A stretch of 34,666 nt of DNA from Dehalococcoidia bacterium (GTDB lineage: Bacteria; Chloroflexota; Dehalococcoidia; SZUA-161), in contig DATKWL010000116.1 in NCBI GenBank assembly GCA_035529555.1, forward strand, positions 1-34,666, read 5' to 3'. A program made the position numbers and the translations under genes. The notes under the pieces are model-generated. The model saw only the letters and a program-made list of their open reading frames with translations. It did no database searches and was not told where the DNA came from. Below, piece after piece: positions 6,872 through 12,826 of the stretch (positions within the stretch are counted from its first letter, which is position 1; each line of letters begins with the position of its first letter).

Positions 6872-8292
6872 CCCTGGGGTCTGCCACCGAACAAGAGCTC
6901 ATCTTCAAGGTCCTTGGCCTCTCTCTCCAACACGACGGCTTCCTTCAGTCCCTTGGAAATTTTTGCCTTCTCCTGAGGGCTTTTCCTGACTGACTCCCCG
7001 CCACCGGTTAGGCCCATCAGCACTGGTTTTACATCGGACCTGATTCCGGTGACTTGGCTGTCAACGGAGGTCATTGCCTTTTCTAACAGTGCGAAGCGCC
7101 CCTCAAGTCCCCCCCGGTTTGACATATCTTTTCGCAACTCTTCTAGCCCTTTGGCCAGATTGCCCAACGCGCCTTTCACGGCATCCAGTTCTTGCTTCTG
7201 CAGCGAGTCCTTGAGCTCCCGGACCTCCGCCTGCAGCGCTCTCATCGTTTCAGAACCTTCTCCCTCACCCGTTTTTTTCAGCATCCCCAGCTGGTTCAGC
7301 TTGTCCAGCATCTCTATCTGCGTAACTCTTCCTTCCTCCCCGGTCTTTCGCAACAGCCCCAGCTGGTCCAGCTGGGCAAGCAATGCCCCCTCGCCGCCGC
7401 CATCACCCGTTTTTTTCAACATCCCCAGCTGGTTCAGCTTGTCCAGCATCTCTATCTGCGTAGTCCTTCCTTCCTCCCCGGTCTTTCGCAACAGCCCCAG
7501 CGAGTCCAGCTGGGCAAGCAATGCCCCCTCGCCGCCGCCCTCACTCTTTTTGAGCATCCCGAGCTTGTCTAACTTGTCCAGCGTGGTCATTTCATCGTCC
7601 CCTCCTCCTGTCTTGACTCCCATTGCTTCCTTCAAGCGTACTGACGCTTCTTCTCTCCTTGCCAGCTCCTCCACCGGGTCGATTGGCTCTCCCTTCTTGA
7701 GCGAGTCCTGGTACATCTGAAACACGGCAAACTCCCCGAAGCCTATCCTGCCCTTCGGGTTAAGTGTCCACGCGCCCTGCTCACCAACGATGAAGGCGGG
7801 CTCCTTTTTATCTCCGCTCTCCCTCTCCTCTATCTCTGCCAGGTCCTTCTTTACCAGCTTCTGGAGACTCTTGGCTTCGGAGAGGCTGACGGCTTTTTCG
7901 CCTTCTTTGGCCAAGCGTATCATCCCGCTTTCAGGGTCGACGGCATATTTCTCCTCCCCTTCCTCTTCTCTGGTTTCCCTTGTCTTGACGCCAGTCTCCT
8001 TTTCCATTTTCTGCCTTAGCCTTTTGGGGATGGGATGCTGGATTTCATCCGCCCAGAAGTTTACCACCTGCGTGACAAGCGACGGATGGACCCCCATCTC
8101 ACGCATCCTTGCCTCGACATCCTCTAGGTCTTCGAGCTTGCCCTTGGCACAGTGGTCGGCAACCATCGCGGCGTTCTTAATTTTGAATTTTTGGACAATG
8201 GCGGTGAACCTATCCACAATGTTGGTGAAGCTCTCTTCGCCTGTTGGTGCCTCAGCCCCCTCTTTCCCTTTTTCTTCTGTCCCGTTGCTCAT
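6868..8292 (-). CDS. acidic Glu/Lys/Gly-rich protein with tandem 46-aa repeats (474 aa)
   Basis: AAGGAGG lies 10 nt upstream of ATG 8292. Contains an in-frame 138-bp tandem repeat at 7266-7590. Confidence 0.7.
   Translation of the reverse strand: MSNGTEEKGKEGAEAPTGEESFTNIVDRFTAIVQKFKIKNAAMVADHCAKGKLEDLEDVEARMREMGVHPSLVTQVVNFWADEIQHPIPKRLRQKMEKETGVKTRETREEEGEEKYAVDPESGMIRLAKEGEKAVSLSEAKSLQKLVKKDLAEIEERESGDKKEPAFIVGEQGAWTLNPKGRIGFGEFAVFQMYQDSLKKGEPIDPVEELARREEASVRLKEAMGVKTGGGDDEMTTLDKLDKLGMLKKSEGGGEGALLAQLDSLGLLRKTGEEGRTTQIEMLDKLNQLGMLKKTGDGGGEGALLAQLDQLGLLRKTGEEGRVTQIEMLDKLNQLGMLKKTGEGEGSETMRALQAEVRELKDSLQKQELDAVKGALGNLAKGLEELRKDMSNRGGLEGRFALLEKAMTSVDSQVTGIRSDVKPVLMGLTGGGESVRKSPQEKAKISKGLKEAVVLEREAKDLEDELLFGGRPQG
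7266..7590 (-). repeat. 138-bp tandem repeat, 2 full copies plus a partial third, in frame within CDS 6868..8292
   Basis: Copies start at 7266 and 7404 (CACCCGTTTTTTTCA(G/A)CATCCCCAGCTGG...). They are nearly identical over 138 bp. A degenerate third copy starts at 7542. Confidence 0.85.
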
Positions 8293-8503
8293 AATAGTCG
8301 TTCCTCCTTTGCCCTTCTTGCGTTAAAAGCCAGACCTTACTTCCTTCACTCCACTTTATGTTCTGGACCAAGCCCGAGTGCTTCAGCTCGCTAAGTCTAG
8401 TAGAAACCGTGGTTAGCCTGGCGCCTATATAGTTTGCGATTTGATACCGATCGGCTCTGCCTATCCGGGCCAAATATCGGACTATCGCCTCCTTTCTTCT
8501 CAT
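8252..8503 (-). CDS. winged helix-turn-helix DNA-binding protein (83 aa)
   Basis: IVRYLARIGRADRYQIANYIGARLTTVSTRLSELKHSGLV fits the MarR/ArsR-type wHTH pattern. Its basic tail overlaps the next gene by 41 nt. Confidence 0.6.
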   Translation of the reverse strand: MRRKEAIVRYLARIGRADRYQIANYIGARLTTVSTRLSELKHSGLVQNIKWSEGSKVWLLTQEGQRRNDYYEQRDRRKRERGG

Positions 8504-8510
8504 TTTTTAA

Positions 8511-8565
8511 CGCCTTAACCCGTTAATTTGTGTCCTACACGGGGCTACGCCTTAAAATCGCCTTA
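8511..8565 (-). promoter_or_regulatory. three TTAAGGCG / TAAGGCG direct repeats upstream of the wHTH gene
   Basis: The plus-strand heptamer CGCCTTA occurs at 8511-8517, 8548-8554 and 8559-8565. The last two are 11 bp apart. Confidence 0.4.
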
Positions 8566-8610
8566 CAGAATCAAGCCGAGAAAGCCCCGCACTTTAGGGC
8601 TGGGGAGTAG

Positions 8611-8862
8611 TCACTTGTATCCTCTCTTCTTCAACATGTATTGCCTGAGATACTGCTCCCCCAGGTTGAAGCAGAAATTGCAGTAGTCGGTGAAATTGCC
8701 CCGGGGATGTCCCTCAATCAGCCCCTCTATGGTAGCGTATCTGGCAAACTTTTTGACTCGCTCATACGCATCAGCGGGCATGTAGATGTGGAGGCTGACC
8801 TTGCCGGGTTCGGTAGTTTCCGTTGCTTTTGGCTCTTCTTCGACTGTTTGCTCCTGCGACAT
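8611..8862 (-). CDS. ribbon-helix-helix-like small protein (83 aa)
   Basis: The track ORF starts at TTG 8898. GGAGG lies 8 nt upstream of ATG 8862. KVSLHIYMPADAYERVKKFA looks like an RHH strand-helix. Confidence 0.5.
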   Translation of the reverse strand: MSQEQTVEEEPKATETTEPGKVSLHIYMPADAYERVKKFARYATIEGLIEGHPRGNFTDYCNFCFNLGEQYLRQYMLKKRGYK

Positions 8863-8906
8863 CTCTAATACCTCCATCGCTTTAGCTGGGGGAAGCAACC
8901 CCCGCC

Positions 8907-8954
8907 AAAAAGGAGCGGGTCAAGTTACCTTCTCGGCGAAGGCTGCTTGCCCCG
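8907..8954 (-). terminator. leader hairpin copy U3
   Basis: The minus strand reads AACGGGGCAAGCAGCCTTCGCCGAGAAGGTAACTTGACCCGCTCCTTTTT, between the minus promoter and gene 8611..8862. Confidence 0.55.
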
Positions 8955-8964
8955 TTCTTCTGCC

Positions 8965-8993
8965 TTGACAAGTTGTAAAGTTAGATTTACAAT
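8965..8993 (+). promoter_or_regulatory. sigma70-like promoter TTGACA-17-TACAAT (rightward)
   Basis: -35 at 8965-8970 and -10 at 8988-8993. Confidence 0.6.
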
Positions 8994-9019
8994 ATACCAT
9001 ATGGGACAAAGGCTGTCAA
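8991..9019 (-). promoter_or_regulatory. sigma70-like promoter TTGACA-17-TATATT (leftward)
   Basis: -35 at 9014-9019 and -10 at 8991-8996 (reverse complement). Its -10 overlaps the rightward -10. Confidence 0.6.
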
Positions 9020-9123
9020 GCGTTACTACAGTCAATAGGACAAAGCACTCGTCGGAATTTCGACGGTTGTATGTCCGAAGGGGAGAAAGGGGGGGAATTT
9101 AGCGCTGCATTAAATTAAAAGGT

Positions 9124-9195
9124 AAAAAGGCGGTCAGTTGCTGAAACGAGAGTTTTGGCTGACCGTCTTTTCTCTCTATTCAGTAACTATCCCGC
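9124..9195 (+). repeat. 72-nt leader element copy A (bulged hairpin with GAGA tetraloop + U-tract)
   Basis: 69/72 identical to 20700-20771. Outer stem 9129-37/9159-67, inner stem 9141-47/9152-58, loop GAGA at 9148-51. Confidence 0.8.
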
Positions 9196-9240
9196 ACAAA
9201 AACGGGGCAAGCGAATCAATTGCTTGCCCTTTTCTTTTTT
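9196..9240 (+). terminator. leader hairpin copy (GGGCAAGCGA/TTGCTTGCCC + TTTTCTTTTTT)
   Basis: Stem 9205-14/9220-29, loop ATCAA. One nt different from the hairpin at 16429-16453. Confidence 0.7.
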
Positions 9241-9257
9241 CTGGCAGGAGTGGCGAC

Positions 9258-10064
9258 ATGAGAAAAATCGTAGTGGCTTCCATAAAGGGGGGTGTGGGGA
9301 AAACCACGGTGTCCTCAGGCTTGACACGAAGCCTCAAGAGGCTTGGGTCCAGAGTCGGCTACCTGGATGTGGACATTACCGCACCAACCGGTTCTGAGGC
9401 GTTTGGGCTGGAGAAGCCGCCCGACTGGGAACTGGATGCCGCTGCGGAAGGCGGCAGAGGGGCGATTGTCCCCTATAACGTAGAAGGCATACAGTTCATA
9501 ACACTCGCCTCACACTTCGGGCAAGCACCCGCCGTGCTGTGGAACGAAGAGAAAAAGATAGACGCCGCCAGGCAGCTGCTTCAGGGAGTGGTGGCCTGGC
9601 GGGACCTTGACTGGCTCATCCTGGATACCCCTCCCAGCTCGTCCGGCGAGATGCAAGCTCTTTACAAGTACATCACCGACCTTCACGGTGTGATACTCGT
9701 CTTTCAGCCCACTGACATGGCCGTCGCCGACCTTTATAGGACGCTTGATTTCCTCAAGTTCAAGAAGGTGGCGATACTCGGCCTGATAAGCAACATGAGT
9801 TATTGTATCTCGCCATCTGGGGAGAGGTTCTGGCCCTTCCTGTCGCCTGAGGTAGACCTCGCTGCCATCTGCGAGAATTTTGGGATTCCGCTTCTCGGCG
9901 AGATACCACTCACACCGGACAGAAAGGTGGTCGAGCAAGCATTTGACCGGATTGCCTCAAGGCTGGATGGGGCAAAGCCTGTCATCCTGAAGGAGGATAT
10001 CGCCAAGAGGCTGATCAGGGAAGGAAAAAGGAAGCTTCTGAAAGCGGCAGTAAGGAGACTGTAG
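9258..10064 (+). CDS. Mrp/NBP35 (ApbC)-family P-loop ATPase lacking the CxxC motif (268 aa)
   Basis: Has the deviant Walker A KGGVGKT, plus DVDITAP, LILDTPPSSSGE and LGLISNMSY. The N-terminal ORF extension 9138-9257 covers the leader hairpins and is rejected. Confidence 0.8.
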   Translation: MRKIVVASIKGGVGKTTVSSGLTRSLKRLGSRVGYLDVDITAPTGSEAFGLEKPPDWELDAAAEGGRGAIVPYNVEGIQFITLASHFGQAPAVLWNEEKKIDAARQLLQGVVAWRDLDWLILDTPPSSSGEMQALYKYITDLHGVILVFQPTDMAVADLYRTLDFLKFKKVAILGLISNMSYCISPSGERFWPFLSPEVDLAAICENFGIPLLGEIPLTPDRKVVEQAFDRIASRLDGAKPVILKEDIAKRLIREGKRKLLKAAVRRL

Positions 10065-10066
10065 CC

Positions 10067-10495
10067 ATGCGCACCGAAAAGACACTTGCTGAAGTTCTGA
10101 TTGACTTCGCCCTCGAGGACAAGGTAGCACACCAGGCGGTTATGGCCCAATTGCCCGCCGAGAAGATGGAGGCAATCACCGGCAGAAAAGGGAAACTGAT
10201 TGTCGACGGTGAGGAGGGTGGAGCATTTATCATCAGGATGACACCCTACGGCATCTATAGGGACAATAGCGAATCCGACCTCAGGAACGAGATATGGATG
10301 ACCGATACAACTTTTATCGACATAGTGATTGGGGAGCTTGAGCCGAAGACGGCGAGGGCTAGGGGCCAGGTGCTTTTCAGCGGTGACAGAAGCCTGTATG
10401 ACGCCGCCGAAATCATAGACATCTTTGAGAAGTGGATAATAACGAAGCTGAGGCCGGTTGCCCAAAAGATGATGAAAGCCGTTGGCAAGAGATAG
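10067..10495 (+). CDS. SCP2-like lipid-binding domain protein (142 aa)
   Basis: EIWMTDTTFIDIVIGELEPKTARARGQVLFSGD parallels the SCP2 pattern ([33 protein letters not shown]). AAGGAG SD. Confidence 0.55.
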   Translation: MRTEKTLAEVLIDFALEDKVAHQAVMAQLPAEKMEAITGRKGKLIVDGEEGGAFIIRMTPYGIYRDNSESDLRNEIWMTDTTFIDIVIGELEPKTARARGQVLFSGDRSLYDAAEIIDIFEKWIITKLRPVAQKMMKAVGKR

Positions 10496-10499
10496 CGGA

Positions 10500-10757
10500 A
10501 TGGCTTATGACCCGAATTGCTCGCTTTGCCGGAAAGAGCCGATTAAGGAGCAGCCTTATCATGATGAAATTTGCTGGGTTACATTCTGCCCTCTTCATGG
10601 GAATCCGATGATCGTTCTCAATGAGCATAGGCCGGAACCAACGCCGGAGGAGTGGGAGCACATAAAGGAGGTGAAGAATAAACTGTACCCAAACCTGAAA
10701 TTCAGAGGAGAGGGGATGCACTCTATGCCTCAGCATTTTCATGAACACCTTGTATAG
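10500..10757 (+). CDS. mini HIT-like protein (85 aa)
   Basis: Has an N-terminal CSLC, PMIVLNEHRPE, and a C-terminal HFHEHLV resembling the HxHxHxx histidine triad. The track ORF starts at TTG 10482. Confidence 0.45.
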   Translation: MAYDPNCSLCRKEPIKEQPYHDEICWVTFCPLHGNPMIVLNEHRPEPTPEEWEHIKEVKNKLYPNLKFRGEGMHSMPQHFHEHLV

Positions 10758-10759
10758 AA

Positions 10760-11425
10760 ATGATAGCTGAATTGCCCTTCGTTTTCTTAATCGCCGGGGC
10801 GGCCCTGGTTGGCCTGTGGATATCAAATATCCTCTTTGACCTAAAGGTCCCCCACTACGTCGCGCGTAAAATCGGCCACAGTGCCGGCGGGCTGGGCTTC
10901 CTGCTCTGCGCCCTATTATTTTCATCCGGGTGGTGGTCACTAATATTAGCCGCCATCTTTGCCGTCATGCTCGGGGGTGCCAGGTATGTCAGGCCCCAGA
11001 CTTTTCGTGGCGTGGGCGGCATCGGGCGGCCCGGGGAAGTGATGGCCGAGGTCTGGTTTCCCCTGGCTTCCTTGCCGGTTATCGGCGTGGGCTGGCTCTG
11101 GCTGGACAAGCCTTTGGTAGCCATATCCTGTCTTCTCTTTATGGCCTGGGGGGATATGATTACCGGAATTGTCCGCTCCCAGGTGTACGGCCGGCCAGTG
11201 AAGGGCCTGTGGGGTTCGGTGGCTATGCTCGCCACCTGCCTCGTGATCGCTTTGGCGTTTGTGCAACCGTTCTGGGTCGGGGCCGTGGCTGCCTTGGTGG
11301 CCACGGCTACCGAATGGGCCTGCGGGGATGTTGGGGTCATAAAATGCCTGGACGACAACCTGATGATACCGCTGACCAGCTTTGTCACTGTTTTCGGGAT
11401 ACTGGCTTTGATAGGGGAGCTATGA
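10760..11425 (+). CDS. polyprenol/phytol/dolichol kinase-like integral membrane protein (221 aa)
   Basis: Multi-TM protein. WGDMITGIVRS, KGLWGSVAM and DDNLMIPL match the CTP-dependent polyprenol kinase / CdsA superfamily pattern. Confidence 0.6.
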   Translation: MIAELPFVFLIAGAALVGLWISNILFDLKVPHYVARKIGHSAGGLGFLLCALLFSSGWWSLILAAIFAVMLGGARYVRPQTFRGVGGIGRPGEVMAEVWFPLASLPVIGVGWLWLDKPLVAISCLLFMAWGDMITGIVRSQVYGRPVKGLWGSVAMLATCLVIALAFVQPFWVGAVAALVATATEWACGDVGVIKCLDDNLMIPLTSFVTVFGILALIGEL

Positions 11426-11904
11426 GGGAACTGCTAACATTGCCCAATCCCATACTCAGGAAGAAGTGCCATCCGGTTGGCAACTTCAACAAAGAAATTA
11501 AGGAACTCATAGAAGAGTTGGCTGGTTATATGTATGCCCACCGCACCGATGAAATCGCCCCGATTGGGCTCACGGCCCCGCAACTTGGCGAATCCCTTCA
11601 GGTGATAGTCTTTTACCCCAACCCGGCCTTCCGGGAGAAGAAAGGGATAGAGGAGCTTATCAATCCGGAACTTGTCTATGCCAGAGAATCGATTACAGTT
11701 ACCGAGTCTTGCCTGAGCCTTCCGGGTAAAACATATACTCTCCAACGGGCAAAGCTGGTGAAGGTTCGAGGATACAACTTTGACGGACGCAAGAGGACAT
11801 ACAAAGCCAGGGCGCTCTTTGCCCAAATGTTTCAGCACGAACTAAATCACCTCGATGGCATACTCATAGACAGAATCGGAGAGCTTATCGTATTTAGGAA
11901 GTAG
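11422..11904 (+). CDS. def: peptide deformylase (160 aa)
   Basis: Has the three PDF motifs IGLTAPQLG, ESCLSLPG and QHELNHLDG. ATGA overlap with the upstream stop. The track ORF 10930..11904 is a spurious extension. Confidence 0.85.
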   Translation: MRELLTLPNPILRKKCHPVGNFNKEIKELIEELAGYMYAHRTDEIAPIGLTAPQLGESLQVIVFYPNPAFREKKGIEELINPELVYARESITVTESCLSLPGKTYTLQRAKLVKVRGYNFDGRKRTYKARALFAQMFQHELNHLDGILIDRIGELIVFRK

Positions 11905-11915
11905 AAGGAGAGGCA

Positions 11916-12803
11916 ATGAAAGATAAAATTAAAGCTCACATCGGGCTGGGGCGATTCTTCGCCCTGCCCATAGTTGTCTGCTCCGTCCTGCTTGGCGTTG
12001 CCCTCGTAGGTCACTGGAGCTGGCTATCTGCCATGGTGGCTCTCGGGGCCATATTCCAGATGGCCTATGCACACAGCTTTAACACGCTGCTGGATTTTTC
12101 CTGGACCGGGTTTGACAAGGGTGCTGAAGAGGAGCGGAGCCGAGGTAAGGTCTATACCCATGGCCAGCAGACGATAGCCGCCGGCATAATGTCCCCCAAA
12201 GAGGTGCTGGCCAACGGCCTTGTCTACCTTGCTATATCGGCTGTCTTCATCGGCATTGTCGCCTGGAAGGTATCACCGGTAATATGGATTATCTGGGCGA
12301 CTACAGCCTTGATGACGTTCTGGTATAGCTGGGGGAAGCTTCATTATCAGTGTGAGCTGGCACTGGGTATCGGCTTCGGCTCGCTGGCGGTGATGATGGG
12401 TATGGCCACCCAGCCGAACCCGGATTTCCTGCTGGCTTTTCTGGCGGGGATACCAATATTAATTTTGTTTGGATACGGGGCGGAGACAATGGATCAGTTC
12501 GCCGATGCGAGCGTGAATTGGAAGAGGGGATTGAGAAACTTCGGTGCCCTGGTGTGGAGAAACAAAGTCTCAATTACCATGTTCATCGTCTGGCTGCTTT
12601 GCGCCACCTTTCTCTCCCAGCTGTTTCTCATCGCCGCTGGAGTATTGCATCCGCTGACGGCACTAACACTCATCACCCTCATTCCCTTTTCTTTTTGCCT
12701 TCTCTTCCTGGAGATGAAACCCAAAGTCGGCATCATCTGGGGGCTGGGCGGAATTTATTTATATGGACTGCTACTACTGCTCGGGGAGGTACTTGGACGA
12801 TAA
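11916..12803 (+). CDS. UbiA-superfamily-like membrane prenyltransferase (295 aa)
   Basis: About 8-9 TM segments. Divergent Asp-rich motifs NTLLDFSWTGFD and DQFADASVNWKRG. GAAGGAGAGG SD. Confidence 0.55.
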   Translation: MKDKIKAHIGLGRFFALPIVVCSVLLGVALVGHWSWLSAMVALGAIFQMAYAHSFNTLLDFSWTGFDKGAEEERSRGKVYTHGQQTIAAGIMSPKEVLANGLVYLAISAVFIGIVAWKVSPVIWIIWATTALMTFWYSWGKLHYQCELALGIGFGSLAVMMGMATQPNPDFLLAFLAGIPILILFGYGAETMDQFADASVNWKRGLRNFGALVWRNKVSITMFIVWLLCATFLSQLFLIAAGVLHPLTALTLITLIPFSFCLLFLEMKPKVGIIWGLGGIYLYGLLLLLGEVLGR

Positions 12804-12826
12804 ATCCAAAGGTAAAAATAATATCC

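Noticed and set aside
7266-7590. Tandem 138-bp repeats considered as a CRISPR-like or satellite array.
   Set aside because: The copies are contiguous with no unique spacers, are far longer than CRISPR repeats, and stay in frame inside a CDS.
6868-8292. The LDxLG(M/L)LKK repeats considered as encapsulin cargo-loading peptides, with 21551..22309 as an encapsulin shell.
   Set aside because: The resemblance to GSL-type targeting peptides is superficial. By eye, the 252-aa protein shows no similarity to the encapsulin (HK97-fold) sequences I can recall.
7049-8326. Plus-strand ORFs 7049..7720, 7192..7572 and 7790..8326, antisense to the 474-aa gene.
   Set aside because: These Ser/Pro/Leu-rich products are the mirror image of a Glu/Gly/Lys-rich coding strand. 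They have no RBS, and the repeat structure is in frame on the minus strand.
9138-9257. N-terminal extension of the ATPase ORF (track start 9138), plus the 80-aa ORF 9155..9397.
   Set aside because: The extension is translated straight through the two leader hairpins and U-tracts. ATG 9258 has a proper SD and gives the canonical family N-terminus MRKIVVASIKGGVGKT.
8899-9257. Searched the larger intergenic regions (8899-9257, 16379-16477, 20634-20872, 24195-24466) for tRNA or tmRNA-like cloverleaves and for CRISPR repeats.
   Set aside because: Only the hairpin and promoter elements described above were found. There is no acceptor/T-arm pattern and no short regularly spaced repeats.
9510-11388. 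Minus-strand ORFs 9510..9938, 9800..10465, 10413..10940, 10855..11388 and 10946..11266, plus the plus-strand extension 10930..11421 of the def ORF.
   Set aside because: All overlap plus-strand genes that carry family motifs. Their products are Arg/Pro/Ser-rich shadows. The def motifs begin right after ATG 11422, which is ATGA-coupled to the upstream stop.
12518-12826. 103-codon N-terminal extension of the type III PKS ORF.
   Set aside because: It overlaps the last 286 nt of the UbiA-like gene in another frame. The homologous region of type III PKSs starts near MGYAVPEH.
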